From the NCBI GenBank assembly GCA_052387955.1, contig JBQTIQ010000064.1:6219-70218 (forward strand): 64,000 nucleotides of DNA, written 5' to 3'. A program made the position numbers and the translations under genes. Shown here one piece after another: positions 1-9,339 of the stretch; position 1 is the stretch's first letter; each line of letters starts with the position of its first letter. The DNA comes from Acidimicrobiia bacterium. GTDB lineage: Bacteria; Actinomycetota; Acidimicrobiia; Acidimicrobiales; JACDCH01. Below the pieces are notes generated by a model that was not told where the DNA came from, did no database searches, and was given only the letters and a program-made list of their open reading frames with translations.

Positions 1-1079
1 GTGGCTCCCGGCACGAAGGCGGCCGATTCGGGGATCGCCGCCATCGCCGGGTCGGGCCGCCGCCCCAAGGCCCCCCAGCCCACGCCCATGCTCGAGATCG
101 GGACGGCCACGGCCTGCCCGAGGACGAGGACCAGGGCGACGACGGCCGGCGCCCGCACCGACATCCCCCGCCGCTGGAGGGCCACCAGCCCGAAGGGCAC
201 CATGAGCACGAGCGTCCGCAGCCCGACGGTGCTGAACTCGATCCACAGGCTTTCCAGCAGCGGCACCTGGGACGTCACCGGCGAGGCCAGCACCAGCCAC
301 GCCGCCGGCAGGGCCGCCACCATCGACACCAGCCACGACCGGACCAGCCGGCCTCGGTCGGACTCGAACGGCAACCGGCTCAGCACCACCAAGGCGGTGA
401 GCGGACCGAGGACGGCCACATGGGTGAACTGGGCCAGGCCGGCCAGCACGACGGCCCACCGGTGGCGGCCCCCCCGCCAGCACCCGATGGCGGCGTAGAG
501 CATGGCCGCCCCCCACACGAAGGGGAGCTGGCCCAGCATGAGGCCCTCCACGAGCGCCGGGTTGACCAGCACCGCGACCGCCCACCAACCCCGGCGGAGT
601 TCGGGCAGGGCCCAGAAGATGGCCGCCACCAGCCCCACGAAGCCGGCGCCGAGGCACAGCGTCACGGCGTACTCCCCGAGCAGGGGCCACAGCGCGACGG
701 CCACCATCCAGGGGACGAAGGCATAGGGAAAGGCCAATGCGTCGCCGCTGGCCAGTACCGGCATCCGATAGGGGAGCCCGTCGCCACCCCAGAGCGAGTC
801 GGCCACGAACCACACGTGCACGTAGTTGGACAGCGTGTCGGTCGAGATCACCTCGCGGTGGCGCATCAGCAGGACCAACAGCACTGCCCAGACGGCCACG
901 ACGACCCGCACCGCCCATCGGCCGCTGGGGTCGGTGGCATCGGCCTGGGGGCCGGCCGCCGGCCCGGCCGGGGTCGACGACAGCAGCGTCGCCGACGGGT
1001 GCCTCCGGGCACGCCGGCGTGGCCCGCTACCGTCCCCGCCCGATGCCGGTCCTGCCTCGGCTGCGGTCACCCGCGGCAC
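1..1079 (-). CDS. polytopic membrane protein (possibly glycan-processing); C-terminus lies beyond the left edge
   Basis: This gene is not in the supplied ORF track. My reverse-strand translation is stop-free from ~1079 down to base 1 (..GRWAVRVVVAVWAVLLVLLMRHREVISTDTLSNYVHVWFVADSLWGG..LMLGQLPFVWGAAMLYAAIGCWRGG..). It has many hydrophobic spans and G/C-rich third positions. The start is uncertain: the in-frame GTGs at 1079 and 1070 would both overlap the divergent deacetylase start. Confidence 0.5.
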   Translation of the reverse strand, partial: MPRVTAAEAGPASGGDGSGPRRRARRHPSATLLSSTPAGPAAGPQADATDPSGRWAVRVVVAVWAVLLVLLMRHREVISTDTLSNYVHVWFVADSLWGGDGLPYRMPVLASGDALAFPYAFVPWMVAVALWPLLGEYAVTLCLGAGFVGLVAAIFWALPELRRGWWAVAVLVNPALVEGLMLGQLPFVWGAAMLYAAIGCWRGGRHRWAVVLAGLAQFTHVAVLGPLTALVVLSRLPFESDRGRLVRSWLVSMVAALPAAWLVLASPVTSQVPLLESLWIEFSTVGLRTLVLMVPFGLVALQRRGMSVRAPAVVALVLVLGQAVAVPISSMGVGWGALGRRPDPAMAAIPESAAFVPGA

Positions 1080-2263
1080 TTCGTTCGGCCGCCGTCGGCG
1101 CCGGCTCGGCGTTCCCGGCGGCGCCACTGCTCACCGCCGCCGACAAGGGCTCTCTCACCGCCGTCGTCGTCGCGTCGGTGGCCCTGGCCGTGGTGGTGGC
1201 CGTGGCCACCGTCCGGGCCCGGCCCCGGCCGGCGCCGGCGCTGTTCGGAGCGGTCCTGGTGGGCGTCGCCTCGTTGCTGTTGGCCGTCACGCCGCCGGGA
1301 GCGATCACCGCGCTGATAGCCGTCGTGCTGGGGGCCGGGGCCGGTCTTGTCATGCCCACGGTCGAGGGTGCCGATCGACGTTTGGCCGTCTTCGCCGCCG
1401 CGGTCGTCGCCGCTTCCGTCGGGGTGCTGACGCTGGCCGGCGGTACCGGCGTCGGCCTGCGCCTCGTGGCCGTGACGGCCGTGGCGGTCGCCGCCGTAGC
1501 CGCCGCCGAGGGGCAGCCCGGCCCCAGGGTCCCAGAGGGCCGGCGGCGCCGGCTGCCGGTCACCGGGGTGTCGCTGCTGGCCGCCGGCCTGGTGCTGTGG
1601 GTGGCCGGCAACGACCCTGCGGTGGGCTGGTTCGGCCCGGTCGTGAGCCACGGCCCGCGGGAGCGGGCCGAGGTCGCCCTGACCTTCGACGACGGCCCCG
1701 ATCCTCGCTGGAGCCCGGAGGTAGCACGCCTGCTCGACGAGCGAGGGGTGAAGGCCACCTTCTTCCAGGTCGGCTCGGCCGTCGACGCCCATCCCGACGT
1801 GTCCCGGTCGCTGCTTTCGGGAGGTCACCTGCTGGCCAACCACTCCTACCACCACGACTACTGGCGCTGGCTCGATCCTCGTTACCCCGAGCTCGACCGG
1901 GCCGGGACGGCGTTCGAACGCAACCTGGGGGTCTGCCCCGCCTTCTTCCGTCCTCCCCACGGCCAGCGCACGCCGTTCATGGTGGCACGCGTCCGTCAGC
2001 GGGGCATGAAGGTGGTCACGTGGGACGTGTCGGCGAGGGACTGGTCGGACACCGATCCCCAACGGGTGGCCCAGCGGGTCCTCGATGGCGTCCGTCCAGG
2101 CTCGATCGTCCTGCTCCACGACGGCCTCGACGGCGCGGGCGGGGCCGACCGTTCCGTCGTGGTGGGCGCCCTCCCCCTGATCCTCGACGGGCTCGAGGGG
2201 CGCGGGCTCCAACCCGTCCGTCTGGACGATCTCCTCGACCGCAGCGGCTACCGGCCGTGCTGA
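1043..2263 (+). CDS. membrane-anchored polysaccharide deacetylase (NodB/CE4 domain)
   Basis: ORF 737..2263 trimmed to ATG 1043 (MPVLPRL..). Hydrophobic N-terminal segments are followed by NodB motifs TFDDGP, HSYHH, FFRPPHG and LLHDG. Confidence 0.85.
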   Translation: MPVLPRLRSPAALRSAAVGAGSAFPAAPLLTAADKGSLTAVVVASVALAVVVAVATVRARPRPAPALFGAVLVGVASLLLAVTPPGAITALIAVVLGAGAGLVMPTVEGADRRLAVFAAAVVAASVGVLTLAGGTGVGLRLVAVTAVAVAAVAAAEGQPGPRVPEGRRRRLPVTGVSLLAAGLVLWVAGNDPAVGWFGPVVSHGPRERAEVALTFDDGPDPRWSPEVARLLDERGVKATFFQVGSAVDAHPDVSRSLLSGGHLLANHSYHHDYWRWLDPRYPELDRAGTAFERNLGVCPAFFRPPHGQRTPFMVARVRQRGMKVVTWDVSARDWSDTDPQRVAQRVLDGVRPGSIVLLHDGLDGAGGADRSVVVGALPLILDGLEGRGLQPVRLDDLLDRSGYRPC

Positions 2264-2348
2264 CGAGCGGGCGCTCCCGGGTGACGGCACGAGCGACCTC
2301 GCCCGGGCGGCGATCGGTGTGGGCGCAGCCCACAGGAAGAAGCGACGG

Positions 2349-3158
2349 CTACCGACGCCGGGTACCGGCGCGCCAGGTCGCGGTGATGGCCCACAGCCCG
2401 GCACCACCGGCCGCGGCGGTCACCGCCAACGGGGGTATCAGGCTCGGCACGTTCGTGCCCGGGGGGCGTCGTCGGGTGACCCGGAGCGCCGCCGCCGGGA
2501 TAGCGACGAGGTCGATGACGACGTCGACCATCCGTGTCCGTGACCGGTACACCGGCACCGGTACCAGGACGTCGTTGCGGACCCGGTAGCCGAGGCGGCA
2601 CAGGACCACCGCCAACTCGACGGTCTCGGAGTAGCGGTGGCCGCGGTAGTAGTCGAGGGCGTCGGCGAGGGCGCCGAGCCGCAGGACCCGATAGCCCGAT
2701 TCGACGTCGTGGAGCCGGGTACCCCCGGCCCAGACCGTGGCCCACGCCGACAGGAGGCCGTTACCGAGCCGCTTGTAGAGCGGGTACGTCGACAGGTCGC
2801 GCCGCACGAGCAGCGCGTCCAGGCCGTCGTCGACCGCCCGCCGGTGCAGGTCGTCGAGCACGTCGAGGTCGTGCTGGCCGTCGGCGTCGACGGTGAACAC
2901 GACGTCGTCGGGAGACAGCTCGCCGGCCGCCAGCCGCCGGCGAAGGTCGCCGAAGGCGAGGTGGTAGGCCGCCGACAGGCCCTGGTTGTCGTCGAAGGAC
3001 AACATCCGGCAATGGTCATGGCCCGGCAGCCAGGACTCGATCTCGGACCGGGTGGCGTCGGTCGACCCGTCGTCGACCACGACCAACTCGTCCACCCGGG
3101 CGCTCAGCTTCTCGAGCACCTCGACGACGGTGGACTCCTCGTTGTACGCCGGCACCAC
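2349..3158 (-). CDS. family-2 glycosyltransferase
   Basis: ORF 2349..3788 contains VVPAYNEE, VVVDDGSTD and DADGQHD. The long N-terminal extension in the track runs through repeat DNA and the epimerase gene, so I trimmed it to GTG 3158. Alternative in-frame ATGs at 3257, 3281 and 3374 lie inside repeats, and no clear SD precedes 3158. Confidence 0.8.
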   Translation of the reverse strand: MVPAYNEESTVVEVLEKLSARVDELVVVDDGSTDATRSEIESWLPGHDHCRMLSFDDNQGLSAAYHLAFGDLRRRLAAGELSPDDVVFTVDADGQHDLDVLDDLHRRAVDDGLDALLVRRDLSTYPLYKRLGNGLLSAWATVWAGGTRLHDVESGYRVLRLGALADALDYYRGHRYSETVELAVVLCRLGYRVRNDVLVPVPVYRSRTRMVDVVIDLVAIPAAALRVTRRRPPGTNVPSLIPPLAVTAAAGGAGLWAITATWRAGTRRR

Positions 3159-3163
3159 CGCGA

Positions 3164-3256
3164 TGCTGGTCGCGTTGCTGGTCGCGTTGCTGGTCGCGTT
3201 CCCCGGCCACGCAGGCCGCTCGTGACCGCGCCTGCGCTGGCGCTCCGGCGCTCGCA
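3164..3256 (+). repeat. REP-like imperfect palindrome, copy a, with its first 12 nt (tgctggtcgcgt) triplicated
   Basis: The unit tgctggtcgcgt occurs at 3164-3175, 3176-3187 and 3188-3199. It is followed by ttccccggccacgcaggccgc..gcgcctgcgctggcgctccggcgctcgca, the same element seen at 22.3, 23.2, 23.3, 25.2 and 25.3 kb. Confidence 0.85.
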
Positions 3257-3431
3257 TCTGCGGCGCCGCGTCAGGGCTCATACCGGCTCCTCGGCGCCGG
3301 GTCGGAGCCCATACGGGCTCCTCGGCGCCGGGTCGGAGCCCATACGGGCTCCTCGGCGCCGGGTCGGAGCCCATACGGGCTCCTCGGCCGGCTCGAAGTT
3401 CATGCCGGCTCTTCGGCGCCGGCGGGCGCCC
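3255..3431. repeat. 31-bp tandem repeat array with three near-perfect central units and decayed flanking units
   Basis: The unit catacgggctcctcggcgccgggtcggagcc occurs at 3279-3309 (1 mismatch), 3310-3340 and 3341-3371. Diverged copies lie at 3255-3278, 3372-3400 and 3401-3431, and the last overlaps the epimerase stop. Each unit contains the stem GGGCTCC..GGAGCCC. Confidence 0.9.
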
Positions 3432-4374
3432 GGCCGGCGCTGTCGGCGGCCTGGTCCTCCACCGCGGCGGCCGCCGCCTGGGACTGGTACCAGGCGAAGG
3501 TACGAGCCAGGCCCTCGGCGAAGGCGGTTCCCGGCGCCCAGCCGAGCTCGGTCCGGGCGCGTCGGTTCGAGACGGTGCGAGCCTTGAGGTCGCCCGGCCG
3601 GGACGGCCCGTACTCGACCCCACCGTCCCCGACCAGGTCGATGACCGACTCCGCGATCTCCCGTATCGACACCGGTACCGCGCCCTCGATGTTGTAGGTC
3701 CGGTTGTGGGCGACGTCGCCCAGGGCCAGCACATGGGCCTGGGCCAGGTCCTCGACATAGACGAAGAACCGGTGCTGGCTCCCATCACCGTCGATCCGCA
3801 GGGTCTCGCCCAGCATGGCCCGTTTCATGAAGGCGGCCACCACGCAGGTGTCTCGCATCCGAGGGCCGAACGGGATGCCATAGCGCAACACCGTGTAGGG
3901 CTGGCCGTAGAGCGTGAGGTAGTCGCGGCAGGCCATCTCGGCCGCCACCTTCGAGGTCACGTAGAGGTGCCGGTCGGTGTTGGGGTCGAACGGGGTGTCC
4001 TCGTCGACGGTCTCGCCGGTCGTGGCCGCGTACACCCACACCGTGCTGGCCAGTACCACCCGGCCGGCCTGTGCCCGTCGCACTGCCTCGAGCACCCGCG
4101 CCGTCCCGAGCGTGTTCACTTCGACGGCCAGCGACGGGTTGGCGATGACGTCGTTGACGTCGGCGATGGCGGCGAGGTGGAACACGACGTCGGTCCCCTC
4201 GACGGCCTGGGTCAGGCCGTCGAGGTCGAGGACGTCGCACGGCACCCATTCGGCGTCGGCGCGGTGCGGGGGCTTGGGGTCGAGCACCCGGACCTCACAC
4301 CCGGCCGCCAACAGGGCGTCGACGACATGGGAGCCGATGAACCCGCTGCCACCGGTAACCGCCACCGTGGTCAC
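3400..4374 (-). CDS. NAD-dependent sugar epimerase/dehydratase (SDR family)
   Basis: ORF 3400..4566 trimmed to GTG 4374, which is preceded by GGAGG (4382-4386) at 7 nt. It has the Rossmann motif VTGGSGFIGSH and the catalytic YVTSK (YxxxK) motif. Confidence 0.9.
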   Translation of the reverse strand: MTTVAVTGGSGFIGSHVVDALLAAGCEVRVLDPKPPHRADAEWVPCDVLDLDGLTQAVEGTDVVFHLAAIADVNDVIANPSLAVEVNTLGTARVLEAVRRAQAGRVVLASTVWVYAATTGETVDEDTPFDPNTDRHLYVTSKVAAEMACRDYLTLYGQPYTVLRYGIPFGPRMRDTCVVAAFMKRAMLGETLRIDGDGSQHRFFVYVEDLAQAHVLALGDVAHNRTYNIEGAVPVSIREIAESVIDLVGDGGVEYGPSRPGDLKARTVSNRRARTELGWAPGTAFAEGLARTFAWYQSQAAAAAVEDQAADSAGRAPAGAEEPA

Positions 4375-4468
4375 GTTGCTGCCTCCGACTGTGGGTGCCA
4401 CGGGGTCACCACCATGCCAGCTCCCGGCTGGCGGCGAGGCCATGGTCGCCGACGGTCGGGCGCCGACT

Positions 4469-5635
4469 TCACGCCCGGGCGAGCGTGTCGCGAACGGCGC
4501 CGACCACGATCTCGGCCTGGTCGTCGGTGAGGACGGCCGAGATCGGCAGGCAGACGTGGGTGGCACAGGCGGACTCGGCTCCGGGCAACGGTCCCCGCGA
4601 CCACGGAGCGAAGACGGGCTGGAGGTGCAGCGGTAGCTCGTACACCTCGCCCGCCAGCCCCACCCCGTGCTCGGCCCGCAACCGGGCCTTGAACGCGGCC
4701 CGGTCCGTGCCTTCGGGGAGGAAGGCGACGTACTTGTAGTAGTTGCATTCGGCGTCGGCCGGCATCTTCAGCGGCCGTGCCGATGTGCCCGCCAACCCGT
4801 CGTCGTAGCGCTTGGCGACGCTACGACGATGGGCGATGAACTCGTCGAGGCGCCCGAGCTGGGAGAGGGCGATGGCGGCGTGGGGCTCGCTCATCCGCCA
4901 GTTGTAACCGAGGTGGGTGTGCAGGTTGGTGCTGAACCCGGCTTTGCCCTGGTCGCGGTAGACCCGGGCCTCGGCCGCGATCCGGTCGTCGTCGGTGACG
5001 ATCATGCCGCCCTCGCCGCCGGCCATGACCTTGGTGGGATAGAAGCTGAACGCACCCGCGATCCCGAAGGTGCCGGCGCTGCGGCCTCCGTAGGCGCACC
5101 CGTGGGCGTGGGCGGCGTCCTCGACCAGGAACAGCCCGGCACCGGCGCAGAGCCGGACGAGCTCGGCGGCGGCCGGGGTGACCAGGCCCCCGATGTGCAC
5201 CAACACGAGGCCGGCGGTCTCGGGCCCGATGGCGTCGGCCACCGACGCCGGGTCGGCTGCCATCGTGGCCGGGTCGCAGTCGACGAACCGGGGCCGGCCG
5301 CCGGCGGCGATAACCGCGGCGGCGGTGGCGAAGAACGTGTTGGCCGGTACCAGCACCTCACGGCCGTCGACGTCGAGGGCCCGCAGCGAGATCTCCAGCG
5401 CCGCGGTGCCGGAGCCGACGGCGACGGCGTGACGGGCGCCGTGGCGGGCGGCGAAACGCGTTTCCAGCTCGCTGCCGATCGCGCCCAAGGTCAGCTGCCC
5501 GCTGGCCAACGCACGGTCGATGTGGTCGAGGATGGCCCGGCGGTCCTCGACCGGGAAGTGGACCTGGGCCGGGGGCACCCGCAAGGGCGTCGATGCCGCC
5601 GGCGGACCGGTCGGTGGGCGGTCGGGGGCACTCAT
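4469..5635 (-). CDS. DegT/DnrJ/EryC1-type PLP-dependent sugar aminotransferase
   Basis: ORF 4469..5956 trimmed to ATG 5635 (MSAPDRPP). Motifs are GSGTAALE, DAAHAHG and SFYPTK (PLP lysine). Confidence 0.9.
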   Translation of the reverse strand: MSAPDRPPTGPPAASTPLRVPPAQVHFPVEDRRAILDHIDRALASGQLTLGAIGSELETRFAARHGARHAVAVGSGTAALEISLRALDVDGREVLVPANTFFATAAAVIAAGGRPRFVDCDPATMAADPASVADAIGPETAGLVLVHIGGLVTPAAAELVRLCAGAGLFLVEDAAHAHGCAYGGRSAGTFGIAGAFSFYPTKVMAGGEGGMIVTDDDRIAAEARVYRDQGKAGFSTNLHTHLGYNWRMSEPHAAIALSQLGRLDEFIAHRRSVAKRYDDGLAGTSARPLKMPADAECNYYKYVAFLPEGTDRAAFKARLRAEHGVGLAGEVYELPLHLQPVFAPWSRGPLPGAESACATHVCLPISAVLTDDQAEIVVGAVRDTLARA

Positions 5636-5813
5636 TTGGGCGGTGACTGTACCGATGAGCCGCGACCGTCTCGGACCGCCCCATCTCCGTCGAAGACGAG
5701 CCCGCGCACGGGCGTGCCCGGTGCTGTTCCTCGCCGCCGCCGACCGGTCTGCGGAGGCTGGAAGGAAGCGAGAGCCGACACGGACCTGGCGGCCACACCA
5801 GTACAGTGAGCCG

Positions 5814-5996
5814 GTGTTGGTTGAGCGTTGCTGGCGATGCCTCGAACAACCGGCCGTACTGGTGATCACCGACAGCGGGGGCCGGCGCATCCCGTTCTGT
5901 GACGTGTGCGCGGGCGACGCCTTCGATGCCCTGCCCGTCGAGGACGGGCACATCACCGACGCCGAGCTGCGCCGGCTGCTCGGCGAGCCTGCCTGA
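5814..5996 (+). CDS. small hypothetical protein with CxxC..CxxC (zinc-ribbon-like)
   Basis: This is the tail of ORF 5520..5996. From GTG 5814 it reads VLVERCWRCLEQPAVLVITDSGGRRIPFCDVCAGDAFD... G/C-rich third positions are present, but there is no strong SD. Confidence 0.35.
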   Translation: MLVERCWRCLEQPAVLVITDSGGRRIPFCDVCAGDAFDALPVEDGHITDAELRRLLGEPA

Positions 5997-6078
5997 CCTT
6001 GTCGGCCGATCCTCCCGGGTGCCCGCGCCCCGCCGGCATCCCGGCCGGTCGCGGCCCAGCCGCCAGCGCCAAACCCCG

Positions 6079-7299
6079 ATGAAGGGCCCCTCGTCTGGTC
6101 CCGGCCAGCAGCGCGCCCCCGACGACCGCCTCCTCACCGGTGCGTTCGCGGTCATCACCGCCGCCGCCGGCGCGTACTTCATCGGGCTCGGCATGGTGGC
6201 GCCGGTGCTGCCCCGATACGTCGAGGACCGCCTCGGCGGCGGCGGGGTGGCCGTCGGGTTCGCGATCGGCGCCTTCGCCGTCTCCGCCGCCCTGCTGCGC
6301 CCGGCAGTGGGCCGCATCGGCGACGAGCGGGGCCGACGGGTGCTGGTGGTCGGCGGGACGCTGATCGTCGCCGCCGCCACCCTCGGCTATCAGCTCGGCA
6401 GCAGCCTGGCGGTGCTGGTGCTCATGCGCTTGATCGCCGGCGTCGGGGAGGCCGCCGTCTTCGTCGGCGCGGCCACAGCCGCCCAAGACCTGGCGCCGCC
6501 GGGGCGACGGGGCGAGGCCACGTCCTACTTCTCGGTGGCGGTCTTCGGCGGCCTCGGCATCGGCCCGACGCTGGGGGAGACGTTGCGCACGTCGTGGGGC
6601 TACGGCGCGGTGTGGTCGGGCTCGGCCCTGGCGTGCGTGGCCGCAGCCGCCCTGGCCTGGAAGATGGCGCCCGCTCCCGCCCGGCCCGGTCCCACCGGGC
6701 CCCTGCGCTGGCGGCGGCCACCGGCCGGCTGTGGCCCGCAGGTACCGCTGCTCCACCCGGCGGCGCTGCGCCCGGGCGTCGTCCTGGCCCTCTCCACCAC
6801 CGGGTTCGCCGGTTTCCTCACCTTCGTCCCCCTGTACGTGGACGACCTCGGCCTCGACAGCTCCGGTCCGGCCTTTGCCCTCCTGGCTGTCGTGGTGCTG
6901 GCCGTGCGGCTGGCCTTCGCCCGCCTCCCCGACCAGCTGGGGCCGGCCCGGGGCGGAGCCATCGCCCTGTCCCTGCAGGCGGCCGGGTTCGCCTCGATGG
7001 CAGCCATCCCGAGCGTCGCCGGGTTCTACGGGGCCGTGCTGGTGTACGCCCTCGGCGTTTCGTTGCTCTACCCGGCCCTGTTCCCGCTGGTCGTCGACCG
7101 GGCGCCCGAGGAGGAGCGGAGCCAGGCGGTGGCCACCTACACCCTGTTCTTCGACGTCTCCCAGGGTCTCGGGGCGTTCGTCCTCGGCGTGGTGGTGGCC
7201 CTAGGTACCGAGCGGTGGGCGTTCGTCGCCGCCGCCTTCCTGGACCTGGTCGCCATGGCTGCGTTGCGACGTACCCATGCCCTCCCGGCCCCGGCCTGA
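6079..7299 (+). CDS. MFS transporter
   Basis: ORF 5899..7299 trimmed to ATG 6079 (MKGPSSG). It has about 12 hydrophobic spans and the MFS motif-A-like sequence GRIGDERGRR. Confidence 0.85.
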   Translation: MKGPSSGPGQQRAPDDRLLTGAFAVITAAAGAYFIGLGMVAPVLPRYVEDRLGGGGVAVGFAIGAFAVSAALLRPAVGRIGDERGRRVLVVGGTLIVAAATLGYQLGSSLAVLVLMRLIAGVGEAAVFVGAATAAQDLAPPGRRGEATSYFSVAVFGGLGIGPTLGETLRTSWGYGAVWSGSALACVAAAALAWKMAPAPARPGPTGPLRWRRPPAGCGPQVPLLHPAALRPGVVLALSTTGFAGFLTFVPLYVDDLGLDSSGPAFALLAVVVLAVRLAFARLPDQLGPARGGAIALSLQAAGFASMAAIPSVAGFYGAVLVYALGVSLLYPALFPLVVDRAPEEERSQAVATYTLFFDVSQGLGAFVLGVVVALGTERWAFVAAAFLDLVAMAALRRTHALPAPA

Positions 7300-7395
7300 C
7301 GTCGGCCCCCAACGGCCGGTCGACGGTGGCTGCCCGCCGGTCCCCAGTCGGGAGCGACGTCGACGACGGGCCAGGCTCCTGTCGAGGTCGGCCGC

Positions 7396-8421
7396 TCAGG
7401 GTGCGGCCGCGCCCGCCAGCCCCAGGGCGTAGCCGCGCCACCAGCTCCCGGCCGGCGGGCCGCCGCGGCAGGTGCCGTCCGATTCGCCGGGCCGTTTGAG
7501 CCACAGGTAGGCGTCGACCAGCGCATCGCCGGTGGCCGCGGTGGGGGTGGCCCCCAGCGCCCGGCCAGGCGGGTTGCACCACGCCTCCTCGACTCCGATG
7601 GCGGGCCCGGCGCCGTTGCGGGAGGTGTCGACGACGAACCGCTTCCAGCCGACGGCGGGGCTGATCTGTCGGCCGTAGGCGACCTGGTCAGCGGTCCAGC
7701 CGAACCCGGACACGTTGAGGGAGAAGCCCCGGGCGTTGGCGATGCCAGCCTGGGACAAGCGGCTCGCCATCACCGCCGGAGGGATCCAGGACCCATGGCC
7801 AGCATCGAGGTAGACGGCGATGTTGCCGCCGGCCGACAGCGTGTTGACCGCGTCTTTCAACAACGCCAGCCGCAGGGTGCGGTCCGCGCTGGAGAGGCAG
7901 TCGAGCTGGGCCAGGGCGTCCGGCTCCAGCACCACGGCGGCCCGCCGGTTACCGATCCCCGTGCGGAAGGCCCGGACCCAGGCCCGGTAGTCGTCGGCGC
8001 TGTGCACCCCACCGGCGGAATAGCTGCCGCAGTCCCGCTGGGGGATGGCATAGACCACGAGCACCGGGTAGGCGCCGGCGGCGATGATGGTGCTCACGCG
8101 GGTGCCGACGTCGCTCGCCACCTGTTCGGGCGGGTTCCAGTCGCCGAACCAGTCGGCCTGGGACCGGTCGGCGATCCGGCCCAGCAGCGCCGCCCCCGCC
8201 GGGTCGGTGAGGGCGAGGGTCCTACGGTCGCGGGCGGCGTTCGAGTCCGGGTCGACGAACAGCACCCGGCCCGTGAACGGGCTGGGGGACATGGGCGCGC
8301 CAGCGACCGGGCCGGCGGTGGCGAGTGTCGCGGCCAGGACGGCGAGACCGATCGAAGCCGCGAGCAGCATCGACCGTACGGGCACCCGGCGGACTGGCAC
8401 GACGGTGCAGGACTTGGGCAT
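7396..8421 (-). CDS. secreted glycoside hydrolase family 6 (endoglucanase/cellobiohydrolase-like)
   Basis: It has a signal-peptide-like N-terminus and the GH6 motifs YAIPQRDCG, LEPDALAQL and WLKRPGESDG. Confidence 0.8.
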   Translation of the reverse strand: MPKSCTVVPVRRVPVRSMLLAASIGLAVLAATLATAGPVAGAPMSPSPFTGRVLFVDPDSNAARDRRTLALTDPAGAALLGRIADRSQADWFGDWNPPEQVASDVGTRVSTIIAAGAYPVLVVYAIPQRDCGSYSAGGVHSADDYRAWVRAFRTGIGNRRAAVVLEPDALAQLDCLSSADRTLRLALLKDAVNTLSAGGNIAVYLDAGHGSWIPPAVMASRLSQAGIANARGFSLNVSGFGWTADQVAYGRQISPAVGWKRFVVDTSRNGAGPAIGVEEAWCNPPGRALGATPTAATGDALVDAYLWLKRPGESDGTCRGGPPAGSWWRGYALGLAGAAAP

Positions 8422-8520
8422 CGGCTCCCCGCGGCTACCGAAGGACGGATCGGGACGCTAACCCGTCGGCATTTCGGACCTGTTGCTGAGCCGTGACGCC
8501 CGGCGGACGGGCCCTGGCGT

Positions 8521-9189
8521 TCAGACCGCGATGCGCTGGACGTAGATCTGCTGGGCGACCGTGCGCCCGAGGGTCCGGTCCCGGCCGTCGACCCGCAGCA
8601 CGAGGGGCCCGTCGAAAGGGTGCTTCTCTCGCACCTCGACCCGGCCGCCGGGCCGCAAACCGAGCTTGTCGAGGAATGCGATCACTTCGGGGTCGGTCGA
8701 GCCCGGCACGGCCACCACGGCGACGTCGCCGGGCTCGAGGTCGTAGAGGGGAGGCAGGTCGGGGACGTCGTCGGCCTCGAGGGGCGGGATGGGAAAGCCG
8801 TGTGGGCAGGTCGCCGGGCGGTCGAGGGCGACGAAGATCCGGTCCTCCACTTCCTTGGGCAGGTCGTGCTCGAAGGACGTTGCCAGCCGGTCGGCCTCGT
8901 TCCAGGCGTAGCCGAGCATGTCGGCCAGGAACCGCTCGACGATCCGGTGGCGCCGGATGGCGGCGACGGCTTCCTTGCGCCCCCAGGCGGTCAGCTCGAC
9001 GCCCTTGTAGAGCTTGTGCTCGACCAGGCCCCGGTCGGCGAGGCGCTTCACGGTGGTGGTCACCGTCGACGGGCTCACCTCGAGCCGCTCGGCCAGGGCG
9101 CCGGTGTGGGCCGGCTGGTCTCCCTTGGTCAGCCGGTACACCGCTTTGAGCGTCTCCCGCTCCGACTTGGTCAGCTTCAGATCGTCCAT
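8521..9189 (-). CDS. DtxR/IdeR/MntR-family metal-dependent transcriptional regulator
   Basis: It has an N-terminal wHTH (TGALAERLEVSPSTVTTTVKRLADRGLV), a dimerisation/metal-site region (RRHRIVERFL..) and a FeoA/SH3-like C-terminal domain. Confidence 0.9.
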   Translation of the reverse strand: MDDLKLTKSERETLKAVYRLTKGDQPAHTGALAERLEVSPSTVTTTVKRLADRGLVEHKLYKGVELTAWGRKEAVAAIRRHRIVERFLADMLGYAWNEADRLATSFEHDLPKEVEDRIFVALDRPATCPHGFPIPPLEADDVPDLPPLYDLEPGDVAVVAVPGSTDPEVIAFLDKLGLRPGGRVEVREKHPFDGPLVLRVDGRDRTLGRTVAQQIYVQRIAV

Positions 9190-9289
9190 GGCCGGGCGGA
9201 GCTTGGTTTCGGTACCGCGAAAACTTCAAGTCGACCGGCCAACCGTCGAGCGCTGCGAGGCTTGGTTGGCCGGAACGGCCGGAACGGTT

Positions 9290-9339
9290 GGAAATTCCGG
9301 CCGAAGGCCGGCCCCGCGCTTCCCGCCGGCCGAAGGCCG
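9290..9339. promoter_or_regulatory. candidate operator/5' leader elements in the regulator-amidohydrolase divergent region
   Basis: An AT-richer palindrome GGAAATTCC lies at 9290-9298. Two copies of the hairpin CCGGCC-GAA-GGCCGG lie at 9297-9311 and 9326-9339, and a direct repeat ggccggaacg x2 sits just upstream. Confidence 0.3.

Noticed and set aside
1-1316. The plus-strand ORFs 1..498, 420..1316 and 502..726.
   Set aside because: Their translations are Arg/Pro/Thr/Ala-rich. The reverse strand of the same interval gives a continuous, hydrophobic, membrane-protein-like reading with better third-position GC bias.
3158-3257. The NATSNATSNATS tract and the ERQRRRG..PAWPGNA segment, considered as a genuine N-terminal extension (sequon repeat) of the GT2.
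   Set aside because: The tract is the translation of the triplicated 12-nt arm plus the REP element. The same element occurs in clearly intergenic DNA elsewhere, and no SD precedes ATG 3257. The possibility is retained only as an alternative start.
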